This document shows positions 1 through 10,392 of a stretch of 38,016 nt of DNA, piece after piece (the stretch's first letter is position 1; the number at the start of each line of letters is the position of its first letter). Position numbers and translations under genes: made by a program. The DNA is taken from contig DATEJD010000085.1 in assembly GCA_035278325.1 (NCBI GenBank), positions 1 through 38,016 of the forward strand, written 5' to 3'. This stretch comes from Gemmatimonadales bacterium. GTDB taxonomy: Bacteria > Gemmatimonadota > Gemmatimonadetes > Gemmatimonadales > GWC2-71-9. Below the pieces are notes generated by a model. The model saw nothing but the letters and a program-made list of their open reading frames with translations, searched no databases and was not told the origin of the DNA.

Positions 1-519
1 CAGTTGGCCCACCTGAGCGAAATCGCCAGTGCTCCGGCAGCAGTTGATCTGCACCACCAGGGCATCGCGAAGAAGCGGCAATAGGACTGCCTGCTGTCGA
101 TCCTTCCAAAGTGCAAACTCCGTTGTGTCTGGGAGATCAAATCCGTCGAGAAACCCGGAAACGTCCAAGTTCGTGTCCGGCTCCAACCCCAGGACCTCCT
201 TAGACCGTAGCCGATCAAGGTCCGTAGTCAGTCGATCGCCCTGGAACGTCACAGACTCACGGGTCGTTTCCAGGGTTCCGGTGGCAAGCCGTGGACGCAG
301 AACGGAAAGGGCCGTCGCAAGGGAGTGTCTGGCGTCTTCAATGGAGACTCGGGGCCAGAAAAACGCGGCGAGTCTATCGCGTCGGTGGGTTCGACCGTGT
401 TCGACGGCCAAGTAAACCAGCAGGGCAAGATGCTTCTTGGTCCTGAACCGAATCGGCTCGCCGTTCGGCGCGAAGAGGATCGGCTGGCCCAAGCAGCGCA
501 GGTAGTGCTTGGGAGACAT
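1..519 (-). CDS. SARP/BTAD-type winged-helix transcriptional regulator, N-terminal part (gene continues beyond window start)
   Basis: Absent from the ORF track because it has no in-window stop. Manual translation from the ATG (complement of 517-519) gives MSPKHYLRCLGQPILFAPNGEPIRFRTKKHLALLVYLAVEHGRTHRRDRLAAFFWPRVSIEDARHSLATALSVLR... The frame is open for all 173 codons down to position 1. The LG-x-P...K-x-x-ALL-YLA...R-x-x-L...FW pattern is typical of the OmpR/PhoB-type wHTH of AfsR/DnrI-like regulators. Confidence 0.6.
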   Translation of the reverse strand, partial: MSPKHYLRCLGQPILFAPNGEPIRFRTKKHLALLVYLAVEHGRTHRRDRLAAFFWPRVSIEDARHSLATALSVLRPRLATGTLETTRESVTFQGDRLTTDLDRLRSKEVLGLEPDTNLDVSGFLDGFDLPDTTEFALWKDRQQAVLLPLLRDALVVQINCCRSTGDFAQVGQL

Positions 520-702
520 ATTGGCTCGCTGGCCGAGGGGAGTAGCAATACTATGCGGGACCCTCAACCGATCGTCAACGCCATCAGGCGACGGAGTAGG
601 GCTAGTCGGACGATTTGAAAGAAATGCCGGTCACTCACTCATTCAGGCGGTCTAACGTGTTGTACTCTAACTACTTGGCCGCGCACCAAGGTGGCCACTG
701 AC

Positions 703-1641
703 ATGCGGATCTCGATCTTCGGCGCCGGCGCCGTCGGCGCCTACTTCGGCGGACGCCTGGCCGAAGCCGACGAGCAGGTGGCCTTCATAGCTCGGGGCGA
801 AAACCTGCGAGCCCTGCGTGAGCGCGGCCTTCGAGTAGCCAGCCCCGAAGGCGATTTCACCCTGCAGTCCGTTCGAGCCGCCGCCGACCCAGCCGAACTC
901 GGCCCCGCCGACGCCATCCTCCTCGCCGTCAAAACCTGGCAAGTCTCCGATGCCGCTCGCGCCATCGCACCCGCCCTCGGCCCCGACACCTTCGTCGTCC
1001 CTCTGCAGAACGGCGTCGAAGCTCCCGCCCAACTGGCCGCCGTCCTCGGCCCCGGACGCGTTCTCGGCGGCTTGTGCCGCATCATCGCGTGGGTCGAGTC
1101 CCCGGGCGTCGTGAGGCACGAGGGCGCCGAGCCCTACATCGGCTTCGGTGAGCTGGCCGGAGGCCTGAGCGCTCGCGCCGAGCGACTCCAGCAGGCCTTC
1201 AGCCGCTGCCGCGGCGTCACCGCCGAGGCGCTCGAGGACGTCCGGGCCGAGATGTGGCGCAAGTTCCTCTTCATCTCCTCGGTGAGCGGCCTCGGCGCCG
1301 TAACTCGCGCGCCCATCGGCCTTCTCCGGAGCCGCCCCGAGACCCGCGAGCTGCTCGACCGCGCCATGCGCGAGGTCCTGGCCGTGGCCCGCGCGCACGC
1401 CGTCGCGCTGCCCGACGATGTGGTGGAAGAGACCTTGGCGTTCACTGACTCGCTGCCCGAGGAGGGCACCACCTCCATGCAGCGCGACATCATGGCTGGG
1501 CGGCCGTCGGAGCTCGAGGCGCAGAACGGGGCGGTGGTGCGGCTGGGAATGGAGAAGGGAGTCGCGACCCCGGTGCATGATTTCGTCTATCGCAGCCTCA
1601 GACCGCTCGAGGCGCGGGCCCGTGGCGAGGTCGCGTTCTAG
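703..1641 (+). CDS. panE: 2-dehydropantoate 2-reductase (ketopantoate reductase, ApbA/PanE family)
   Basis: MRISIFGAGAVGAYFGGRLAEA is a Rossmann GxGxxG N-terminus. Family-typical length and C-terminal domain (SMQRDIMAGRPSELEAQNGAVVRLG). I prefer the ATG at 703 over the in-frame GTG at 691. Confidence 0.85.
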   Translation: MRISIFGAGAVGAYFGGRLAEADEQVAFIARGENLRALRERGLRVASPEGDFTLQSVRAAADPAELGPADAILLAVKTWQVSDAARAIAPALGPDTFVVPLQNGVEAPAQLAAVLGPGRVLGGLCRIIAWVESPGVVRHEGAEPYIGFGELAGGLSARAERLQQAFSRCRGVTAEALEDVRAEMWRKFLFISSVSGLGAVTRAPIGLLRSRPETRELLDRAMREVLAVARAHAVALPDDVVEETLAFTDSLPEEGTTSMQRDIMAGRPSELEAQNGAVVRLGMEKGVATPVHDFVYRSLRPLEARARGEVAF

Positions 1642-1718
1642 CCGAGCTGGTCTTCAGGTGCCGTGCACGTCGGCGCGCACCCGCCTGGACCACGAGCCAT
1701 CTTCTTCAGCACGAGCCG

Positions 1719-2408
1719 CTAGCCACACCCGCGCAGCAGGGCGGTCGCCACGTGAGTGACCCGAGCCAGGCTCGCGCCGCTGATCTTGTCTCTCGTGTCC
1801 TCGGTGGTGTGATGCCAGGTGTTGTCGGGCCCATACTGGAGATCGATCACATCGATCGCGTCGAGGCCCGCGCGCTGCAGCGGCAGGTGATCGTCGATCA
1901 CCCCTTGGCTCACCCGGTCGACGAACTGCGCCGCGTAGCCCAGCCGCGCGGCACACTTCCACACCGCTTCCACCTCGGTCGGAACGCCGGTGACCGAGTA
2001 GCCCTCCTGGAGGAATTGCTGGTCGGCGTCGGCGACCATGTCCCACACGATGGCGAGCCGCGGCCGGTACTCTCCCCGAACGGTGCGCGCAAAGCGCCGT
2101 GATCCCAGCAGCGTTTCAGTGCTGTCGGTGAAGTCGCCGTAGTCCTCGCCGTCGACGAACAGCAAATCCACGGCGGTCCAGCTGTCCACGATCACCGTGT
2201 CGGCCTTGGCTCGCACAATACTGTCCAGCCATTGCGCCATCGCCGCGTGCGCCGGGCTCGCCGGCGGCCGAGGGCCGAAGGCGAGCTGCAGGTCCACGTA
2301 GCTCAAGAGCCGCTCCGCGGAGGTTTCCGCCGGCGGCGGAGGGTCTCGATGACAGGAAATGACAGCGCTCATTATCGCGAGGCCGCACCGCCACCTGCCG
2401 AGTCGCAT
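1719..2408 (-). CDS. M28-family peptidase / glutaminyl-cyclase-like lipoprotein (short form)
   Basis: Lipoprotein-like N-terminus (LAIMSAVISC). FVDGEDYG and DDHLPLQRAGLDAIDVIDLQYGPDNTWHHTTEDTRDKIS resemble the C-terminal half of M28/QC enzymes. At 229 aa it is shorter than I expect for this family. Confidence 0.55.
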   Translation of the reverse strand: MRLGRWRCGLAIMSAVISCHRDPPPPAETSAERLLSYVDLQLAFGPRPPASPAHAAMAQWLDSIVRAKADTVIVDSWTAVDLLFVDGEDYGDFTDSTETLLGSRRFARTVRGEYRPRLAIVWDMVADADQQFLQEGYSVTGVPTEVEAVWKCAARLGYAAQFVDRVSQGVIDDHLPLQRAGLDAIDVIDLQYGPDNTWHHTTEDTRDKISGASLARVTHVATALLRGCG

Positions 2409-2442
2409 GGGTTCCTCTCCGCCTCTAGTGATTCGCTCCGAC

Positions 2443-3063
2443 CTATCGGAGCTCGACTCGCCCGCGAGGCGTGTCGAGCGTGGCGATCAGCGCGGGCCTC
2501 GGCCCCGGGAGCACCGGAAGCTCGAGCCCGAGAATCTTCAGGCGCCTGACGATCGTGGCCGGCTCGGGATGCTCCGCACGCAGGTCGATCAGCTCGATCC
2601 CCGGCGGCGCGGCCAGGGCAGGGTGGGGACTCTCTCCCCAATCGATCAGGAACGGCACCACCCCGTCCCCCAGCTCGACCTCAGGATAGGTGAGCCGCCA
2701 TGCCAGCACCGCTCCGCTCCGGAGCCCGCGCCGCCCCGTCCGCACCTCGCCCAGCGACACACCGGCCGCGCGAGCGGTCGCCCTCCGCCGCTCCAGCTCC
2801 GTTCCCTTGGCCGCCCATGTGATGAGGCGCGGCTCGGTGAGCGCGTCCAGGCCGAACCAGCGTGGATGCGGCGGCGGCTGAGTCGGATCGGGTGCGATCA
2901 GCTCCAGATACGTGGCCGGCCCCAGGCGAAGCAGCGCGTTCCAGGTGCCCTCGCCCGGATGCTGCCCGCCCATCTCGGCCCGCACGCCGGTCAGGCGCTC
3001 GATGCGCTTGATCTCCGCCTGCAGATCGGGTCCGCCCCACACGAGGTGATCGAGGGAATGCAT
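2443..3063 (-). CDS. VOC family protein (glyoxalase-like domain)
   Basis: LDHLVWGGPDL...GGQHPGEGTWNALLRLGPATYLELIAPDP matches the glyoxalase-like (Glyoxalase_3-type) pattern. It lies 34 nt upstream of the M28-like gene on the same strand. Confidence 0.75.
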   Translation of the reverse strand: MHSLDHLVWGGPDLQAEIKRIERLTGVRAEMGGQHPGEGTWNALLRLGPATYLELIAPDPTQPPPHPRWFGLDALTEPRLITWAAKGTELERRRATARAAGVSLGEVRTGRRGLRSGAVLAWRLTYPEVELGDGVVPFLIDWGESPHPALAAPPGIELIDLRAEHPEPATIVRRLKILGLELPVLPGPRPALIATLDTPRGRVELR

Positions 3064-3283
3064 GCGCTGCTCCCTGGCCTCTCTCTAACCCGGCTGCCGA
3101 CTTCGTAGCCCCTGGGGCGAATTGCCCCAGAGTCTGTGGACCCGGGCCTCACTCTCGCTCGGCTCGACCCCGTGTCCCCTGCCATTGGAGCGCCGAGCCC
3201 GCGGTCCCCGACTTGCCAAGGTTGACTTCCCGTGTCCCCCGGCGAGAACTTCGCCCGGTACCCCGTTGATCTTCTCGAGGCCG

Positions 3284-4780
3284 ATGATGACCGATGCGCG
3301 GCCGAGCCTCTCGCTCGGCACCCGCCTGCTGCTGCCGCTGCTGCCGACCGTTGCCCTGATCATGGTTGTGTACGCGCTGTGGGCCCTGGACGAGCGCGAG
3401 AATACCCTCGCCTTCGAGACCCGCCAGGAGACCCAAGCATACGCCACCGCCCTGTCGCTCGCCTTCGAGTACGCCCTCCGCGACGTCAAGCACGAGAACG
3501 TCCAGGAGATCCTGAACCAGGTGAGCAAGGCCCCGACCATCTACGGCATCATCGTCTACGACTCCACCGGCGAGCGCACCTTTGCCTCCGCGCCCATGCA
3601 GGCGCCCGGCGCGCCCCCCGCGCCCATCCTCGCGCGGGTCCTCGCCACCGGCGAGCCGGCCAGCTACGAGCGCGAGATCGAGGATCAGCCGGTGCACTCG
3701 GTGCTTCGCGCCATCCGCGGTCCCGGCGGACGCGTCACCGGCGCGCTCGAGGTGGCGCAGCCGGTCTCGTTCATCGAGACCGAGAAGGCCCTCGTGCGCC
3801 GGCGGTCGCTGCTCAATACCCTGACCCTACTCGCCGCGCTCACCCTGGTGACGCTGTGGCTGGTCCGCCGGATCGTCGCCAAGCCCATGCACGCGATGGT
3901 CGAGGCCGCGCACGCCGTGGGCTCCGGCAACCTGGCCTATCGCATCACCGACCAGGGAAACGGCCGCGAGCTGCAGGAGCTGGCCCGCGAGTTCAACGCC
4001 ATGGCGGAGAGCCTCGAGTCGGCCCGGGCCGCCGCGAGCCGAGACGCCGAGGAGCGGGTGGACCTCGAGCGCCGGCTCCGTGAGTCGGAGAAGCTCGCCG
4101 CCGTCGGCAACCTCGCCGCCGGCCTGGCTCACGAGATCGCCGCCCCGCTCAACGTCATCAGCGGCCGTGCGGAGCTGGTGCTTCGCCGCCCGGACGACAT
4201 GGCGGCGCGCGAGCGTCATCTCCGGATCATCGTGCAGCAGATCGGCCGGATCACCACGATCGTGCGCAACCTGCTCGACTTTGCCCGCCGCCGGGACCCC
4301 CGCATCCAACGGCTCGAGCTGGCCGCCTCGGTGGATGGCGTGGCCGAGTTCCTCGACGCCGAGCTCGACCGGTCCGGCGTGGAGCTGGTGCGGGGGGACG
4401 CCCGCGGCCTCTGGGTCTGCGCCGATCCCGACCTGCTGCACCAGGTGCTGGTCAACCTGGTCCTGAACGCGGCCCAGGCCATGGAGGCGACCAGCGGCCT
4501 GCGGCAGGTGCGGATCCGCTCCGGCGCCGGCCCGGGCGGCGCCTGGATGGAGGTGGCCGACACCGGGCCCGGCATCGCCCCCGATGTCCTGGCCCGCCTG
4601 TTCGAGCCCTTCTACACTACCAAGCCTCGCGGCACCGGCCTGGGACTCGGCGTCAGCCGCGACATCATCGAGCAGCACGGCGGCGAGCTGGTCGCCGGCA
4701 ACGCGCCCGAGGGCGGGGCCGTGATCCGCCTGACGCTCCCGGTGGCCCCGGCGCCGCTCGAGGTACCGGCCGGTGTCTGA
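3284..4780 (+). CDS. Sensor histidine kinase (2 TM, extracytoplasmic sensor, HAMP, HisKA, HATPase_c)
   Basis: TM1 is LLLPLLPTVALIMVVYALWAL and TM2 is LLNTLTLLAALTLVTLWLV. HAMP region (AKPMHAMVEAAHAVGSGNLAYRI). H-box AAGLAHEIAAPLN, N-box LVLNAAQAM, G1 DTGPGI, G2 GTGLGLGV. Start set at ATG 3284, just before TM1; the track ORF starts at 3122. Confidence 0.85.
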   Translation: MMTDARPSLSLGTRLLLPLLPTVALIMVVYALWALDERENTLAFETRQETQAYATALSLAFEYALRDVKHENVQEILNQVSKAPTIYGIIVYDSTGERTFASAPMQAPGAPPAPILARVLATGEPASYEREIEDQPVHSVLRAIRGPGGRVTGALEVAQPVSFIETEKALVRRRSLLNTLTLLAALTLVTLWLVRRIVAKPMHAMVEAAHAVGSGNLAYRITDQGNGRELQELAREFNAMAESLESARAAASRDAEERVDLERRLRESEKLAAVGNLAAGLAHEIAAPLNVISGRAELVLRRPDDMAARERHLRIIVQQIGRITTIVRNLLDFARRRDPRIQRLELAASVDGVAEFLDAELDRSGVELVRGDARGLWVCADPDLLHQVLVNLVLNAAQAMEATSGLRQVRIRSGAGPGGAWMEVADTGPGIAPDVLARLFEPFYTTKPRGTGLGLGVSRDIIEQHGGELVAGNAPEGGAVIRLTLPVAPAPLEVPAGV

Positions 4781-4846
4781 TCGCATCGTCCTCGTCGAGG
4801 TTTCGACCCGTGTCTGATCGTATCGTCCTCGTCGAGGTTTCGACCC

Positions 4847-4870
<24 letters not shown>
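4773..4870 (+). repeat. 37-bp direct tandem repeat, about 2.6 copies, spanning the kinase stop and the response-regulator start
   Basis: Copy 1 (4773-4809) is gtgtctgatcgCatcgtcctcgtcgaggtttcgaccc. Copy 2 (4810-4846) is identical except C to T. Copy 3 starts at 4847 and is the real regulator 5' end (gtgtctgatcgtatcgtcAtcgtcgaAgac...). Read directly from the sequence. Confidence 0.95.
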
Positions 4871-6253
<1,383 letters not shown>

Positions 6254-6389
6254 CGATCGCGACGACCCGTCGCTCGCCGGTGTAGCGTATCGCCCCACGC
6301 CGCCAGGCCGGCTGTTCCCACCCGCCCCAGCCGGCCACGCGCCCCGACCTAACCACCGCTCCCACAATCGGATGAACCCGCCTCCCAGC

Positions 6390-6405
6390 GGGCATGCCGG
6401 TTGCC
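6390..6405 (+). promoter_or_regulatory. Candidate sigma-54 (-24/-12) promoter upstream of pal
   Basis: gGGCATgccggTTGCc compared with the consensus TGGCAC-N5-TTGCW. The GG and GC dinucleotides are at the correct 12-nt register. It lies about 65 nt upstream of the pal ATG and directly downstream of the NtrC-type activator gene. Confidence 0.4.
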
Positions 6406-6469
6406 TTTCCGGTCCGCGGACCCGCCGGCGCCCCGCTGGCGGCCGCGACCCTTGCCCGAGAGCGACCGA

Positions 6470-7009
6470 ATGCCGCGACCGACCGTCATGCTGACCACCG
6501 CCGTGCTGCTCCTGGCGGCCTGCGGAGGAAAGCCCAAGCCCGAAGCCCCCGCCCCCGACACCGGCGCCGAGCCCGGGACTGTTCAAGCGCCGGCCGACCC
6601 AGGACGCGCCGAGCGCGAGCGTGCCGAGCGGGAGCAGGCCGAGCGGGAGCGCGCTGCGAGCACGCTGGCCCAGCCCATCTACTTCGGCTACGACCAGGCC
6701 ACCCTGAGCCAGGCCGCCCGCGCCACGCTCGATGCCAAGGCCGGCGTGCTCCGCGCGATGCCCGACCTCCGCGTCCTCATCGGCGGCCACGCCGACGAGC
6801 GCGGCTCCGACGAGTACAACCTCGCGCTCGGGATGCGTCGGGCCACCGCCGCACAGCGCTATCTCGCCGAGTCCGGCATCGTGGCGTCGCGGCTCGAGGT
6901 CCAGAGCTACGGCGAGGAGCGCCCGGCCGACCCCGGCCATACCGAAGCGGCCTGGAGCGCGAATCGGCGAGTCGAGTTCACCTCGACGGCGGCCATCTCG
7001 CAGCGGTGA
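6470..7009 (+). CDS. pal: Peptidoglycan-associated lipoprotein (OmpA-family, Pal-like)
   Basis: Lipoprotein signal MLTTAVLLLAACGG. OmpA-like C-terminal domain IYFGYDQATL...GHADERGSDEYNLALGMRRATAAQRYL...SYGEERP...NRRVEF. Start set at ATG 6470. Confidence 0.85.
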   Translation: MPRPTVMLTTAVLLLAACGGKPKPEAPAPDTGAEPGTVQAPADPGRAERERAEREQAERERAASTLAQPIYFGYDQATLSQAARATLDAKAGVLRAMPDLRVLIGGHADERGSDEYNLALGMRRATAAQRYLAESGIVASRLEVQSYGEERPADPGHTEAAWSANRRVEFTSTAAISQR

Positions 7010-8994
7010 CGCGTTGGGGGCGCAGGATCCTCACCGTCACCGGCATCGCGGCCACCTCGGGCGCGCTGCTCACCGGTACCGCGGCGCTCGCGTGGGCCCA
7101 TCGGCTCTACCGCGATGCGTGCGCCGAGCCCTGCGTCGATCTGAGCGTGCTGCGCCGGTTCGCCCCCAGCCAGACCTCGTACGTGTACGACGTACGCGGC
7201 GTCGAGATCGGCCAGTTCCGCGTCGAAAATCGGCGGGTCGCGAGGCTGGACGAGATTCCGCGCCGGGTGCGGGAGGCGTTCCTCGCGATCGAGGATGCCC
7301 GGTTCTACGAGCACGACGGCGTCGACCCGCGCCGCATCGTGGGTGCGCTCGTCGCCAACCTCCGGTCCGGCGAAACCGAGCAGGGCGCGAGTACCATCAC
7401 CATGCAGCTCGCCCGGAACACGTATCCGGCCATGCTGCCCGCGCGCGAGCGCACCTTCGCCCGCAAGCTGCGGGAGGTGCGGGTGGCGCGGGAGATCGAG
7501 CAGGCCTTCCCCAAGGACACCATCCTTCACCGTTACCTCAACACCATCTACCTGGGAAGCGGCGCCTACGGCGTGGCGGCCGCGGCGCGCACCTACTTCG
7601 ACAGCGACATCCACGCGCTGAGCGTGGCACAGGCGGCGCTGCTGGCGGGGCTGCCTCGCGCCCCGTCCGTCATCAATCCCTATCTGCACCCCGATGCCGC
7701 GCGAGCCCGCCGCAACCTGGTGCTCGACCGGATGCACCGGCTGGGCTGGCTCGACAGCCTCGCGTGGGAATCCGCCCGCGCGGAGCCCTTGTCGCTGGCC
7801 CGCGAGAGCCCGGCCGACACCCTGGAGTCGGCCGCCGTCGTTGGCGCGTACTTTCTCGAAGCCGTGCGGCTCGAGCTTCAGCGCGAGCTGGGGCCCGCCA
7901 TCTACCGCGGTGGCTACCGCATTCACACCACCCTCGACAATCGCCTTCAGCGCATGGCCGAGGTGGTGCTCGAGTCCCAGCTCGTGGCGCTCGAGGCCGG
8001 CGCCCTGGGAGCGGCGCCGCGTCCCGCCCGCCTCACCCGCCGGAGCGGCGCGGCCCGGGCCACCACCGACTACCTCCAGGCCGGCCTCGTCATCCTGGAC
8101 CCCGATTCGGGCGACGTGCGGGTGCTGATCGGCGGCCGCTCGTTCCGCGACTCACCCTTCAACCGCATGACCCAGGCGCGCCGCCAGCCCGGCTCCTCCT
8201 TCAAGCCGTTCGTGTACGCGGCGGCCCTCGCGGCCGGCCAACGCCCTGCCGACCTGGTGAGCGACGCGCCCGTCGCCATCGTCATGCCCGCCGGAAACGT
8301 CTGGCGCCCGCAGAACTTTAAGCGCGACGAAGCCAACGGCCTCGTGACGCTGGAGACCGCGCTGGCCCGTTCGCTCAACCGCGCCACGGTGCGGCTGGGA
8401 ATGAGCCTGGGCGTGAGCCGCGTGGCGGCTGCCGCCCGGGCCATGGGTCTGGTCGAGCCGCTGCCGCTCCGCCCGTCGATGCTGCTCGGAGCGGCGGACC
8501 TGCGGCCGATCGATCTGATCTCCGCCTACGCGCCGCTCGCGCGCGCCGACGGCCGCTCCGTGGTGCCGAGACTGGTCGTCCGGATCGAGGACCCGGAGGG
8601 CAACGTATTACCGCGCCCGGCGCCGGGCAGCGGGGAAGGGCTGGGCCCCGGGGTTGCCGCCGAGCTGCGGACGATGCTCGAGCAGGTGATCGAGCGCGGC
8701 ACCGCCCGAAGCGTGCGTCAGCACGGCTATGGCGGGCTCGTGGCGGGGAAGACCGGCACGACCAACGGCACCTTCAATGCCTGGTTCATCGGCGTGACGC
8801 CCGACTACGTCGCGGGGGTGTGGGTCGGCTTCGATCGGCCGCGGCCCATCCTGCCCGACGGGTCGGCCACGGGCGGACGCATCGCCGCGCCGATCTGGGC
8901 CGAGGTCATGAAGCGCATCCCAGCCGGCCGGTCGGCGTGGCCTGCCAGCCCCGAGTCCGTCCCTGATCTCTCCGAATCCCTGGTGGTCCAATGA
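7006..8994 (+). CDS. mrcA: Class A penicillin-binding protein (PBP1A family; transglycosylase + transpeptidase)
   Basis: GT51 motifs EDARFYEHDGVD and GASTITMQLARN. Transpeptidase motifs SSFKP (SxxK), SLN (SxN) and KTGTTN. N-terminal TM ILTVTGIAATSGALLTGTAALAWA. The GTG start at 7006 overlaps the pal stop (GTGA). The upstream 200 aa of track ORF 6394..8994 are a spurious extension. Confidence 0.88.
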   Translation: MTRWGRRILTVTGIAATSGALLTGTAALAWAHRLYRDACAEPCVDLSVLRRFAPSQTSYVYDVRGVEIGQFRVENRRVARLDEIPRRVREAFLAIEDARFYEHDGVDPRRIVGALVANLRSGETEQGASTITMQLARNTYPAMLPARERTFARKLREVRVAREIEQAFPKDTILHRYLNTIYLGSGAYGVAAAARTYFDSDIHALSVAQAALLAGLPRAPSVINPYLHPDAARARRNLVLDRMHRLGWLDSLAWESARAEPLSLARESPADTLESAAVVGAYFLEAVRLELQRELGPAIYRGGYRIHTTLDNRLQRMAEVVLESQLVALEAGALGAAPRPARLTRRSGAARATTDYLQAGLVILDPDSGDVRVLIGGRSFRDSPFNRMTQARRQPGSSFKPFVYAAALAAGQRPADLVSDAPVAIVMPAGNVWRPQNFKRDEANGLVTLETALARSLNRATVRLGMSLGVSRVAAAARAMGLVEPLPLRPSMLLGAADLRPIDLISAYAPLARADGRSVVPRLVVRIEDPEGNVLPRPAPGSGEGLGPGVAAELRTMLEQVIERGTARSVRQHGYGGLVAGKTGTTNGTFNAWFIGVTPDYVAGVWVGFDRPRPILPDGSATGGRIAAPIWAEVMKRIPAGRSAWPASPESVPDLSESLVVQ

Positions 8995-10253
8995 CCTTCG
9001 GCATGTTGCTGCGCGAGTGCGCCGAGCCCATCCCCGACGTGGCCCGCATGACGCTCGAGCCGTTGCTCGAGCGGTTGGAGCAGGCCCGCGTCATCCTGAT
9101 CGGCGGCGCGAGCTACGGCACCAGCGAGTGCAACCGGCTCCGAGCCCGCCTCACCCGCGAGCTCATCCGGCACAGCGGCGTCACCACGGTGGCCCTCGCC
9201 GGCAGCGTGGTGGATGCCTGGTGGTTCGACCAGTTCGCTCGGGTCCGCATGGCCCAGACCTTGTGGCCGCCGCCGCTAGCCGGCTTCCCGAGCTGGCTCT
9301 GGCGCAACGGTGAGACCTTCGGGTTTCTCCGCTGGCTCCGGGAGCACAACGCCGAGGTGCGTCCCGAGCACCAGGTCGACGTCTGCGGGCTCGATGTGTT
9401 CGACTTCTTCGATTGCGCCGGGGTCACGCTCGAGTGCCTCGAGGAGGAAGCCCCGCTCGCGGTGCGCCAGGTCCGGGCGCGGCTGGCCTCTATCTCACCC
9501 TGCCTGGACGATCCGGCCCTGCACGGGGACATGACCTGGCCGTCGGATGTGCAGGCCGCCGAGTCGCGGGTGCTGACGCTGGTCCGCGGCCGGCTGGAGC
9601 GGCGGAGCAGGATCGTGGTGCGCGAGAGGAGCCGGCTGTCGGAGTGCGGCCCCGAGCTGAGCCTCTCCGGCGCCGCCGAGTTCCTCAAGCGGCTGTACCG
9701 CGGCTCGGCCTCGGCGTGGTGGGCCCGGCAGGAGAAGATGTTCGCGACCCTCGCGTCCCACCTGGAGCGCAAGGACGTCGACGCCAAGCTCGTCATCTGG
9801 GCCCACAACGCCGACGTGGGCGACGCGGGCGCTTCGAGCACCGGGCGGTCGGGAGGCGTGAGCCTGGGCCAGCTCTGCCGCCGGAACCTGGGCGACGAGG
9901 TCCGCCTGGTGGGGTTCGGCGTCAACAGCGGAAGCCTCACGGCGGCCGGATCCTGGGGAGGCCCAGGCCGTGCCACGCTGCTCCGGCCGGCCTGCGCCGA
10001 GAGCTACGAGAGCATCTGCAAGGCCGCGCTGCTGCCGGCCTTCGCGCTGAGTCTGAGGGATGGAGTTACCGGTGAGCTGCGCGAGGCGCTGAGCGGGGCG
10101 CGCCTTCAGCGCGCGGTCGGCCCGGTCTACCAGCCCGAGACCGAGCAGGTGAGCCACTATCGGCAGGTGTCGCTGCCGGACCAGTTCGACGAGTACATCT
10201 GGTTCAACGAGGGGCACGCGATCATGCCTGTGCCCGAGCTGTCGGCGCGCTGA
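8991..10253 (+). CDS. Erythromycin esterase family protein (possibly non-canonical active site)
   Basis: ARVILIGGASYGTSECNRLRARLTRELI and LVIWAHNADVGDA align, from memory, with family motifs (GE-x-S/T-HGT-x-E...; WAHN-x-H). The ATG overlaps the PBP stop (ATGA). Confidence 0.7.
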   Translation: MTFGMLLRECAEPIPDVARMTLEPLLERLEQARVILIGGASYGTSECNRLRARLTRELIRHSGVTTVALAGSVVDAWWFDQFARVRMAQTLWPPPLAGFPSWLWRNGETFGFLRWLREHNAEVRPEHQVDVCGLDVFDFFDCAGVTLECLEEEAPLAVRQVRARLASISPCLDDPALHGDMTWPSDVQAAESRVLTLVRGRLERRSRIVVRERSRLSECGPELSLSGAAEFLKRLYRGSASAWWARQEKMFATLASHLERKDVDAKLVIWAHNADVGDAGASSTGRSGGVSLGQLCRRNLGDEVRLVGFGVNSGSLTAAGSWGGPGRATLLRPACAESYESICKAALLPAFALSLRDGVTGELREALSGARLQRAVGPVYQPETEQVSHYRQVSLPDQFDEYIWFNEGHAIMPVPELSAR

Positions 10254-10275
10254 GGTGGCCACTAGGTACGCCACC
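10254..10275 (+). terminator. Hairpin immediately after the ere-like stop codon
   Basis: GGTGGC-cactaggtac-GCCACC: 6-bp perfect stem and a 10-nt loop. No clear U-tract. Confidence 0.3.
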
Positions 10276-10392
10276 GTACACTGCTCCGCGTCCTGCTGAA
10301 AGAGCCCGAGGATTTCCCGACGAAAGGTGAGTCGAGTCACCGCTGGGCCGTTCTGCCTACAGCTACGCTCCGAGGAGAGTTGGAGGCTGATC

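Noticed and set aside
667-1578. 303-aa minus-strand ORF opposite panE, plus similar overlapping ORFs at 6732..8321, 6907..7926, 9113..9976, 10915..12501, 13106..14065, 14077..15063, 16346..17776 and 23803..24885
   Set aside because: All of them overlap better-supported genes in another frame or strand. They have skewed Arg/Pro/Gly composition and no recognisable motifs.
6590-6660. Repetitive AERERAEREQAERERA stretch in Pal
   Set aside because: This is a low-complexity charged linker between the lipobox and the OmpA domain, which is common in Pal/OmpA lipoproteins. It is not a separate feature.
6394-7005. 5' extension of the PBP ORF (track ORF 6394..8994, 866 aa)
   Set aside because: The first roughly 200 aa are Arg/Pro/Ala-rich and overlap the convincing pal frame. 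The PBP N-terminal TM helix starts right after the GTG at 7006.
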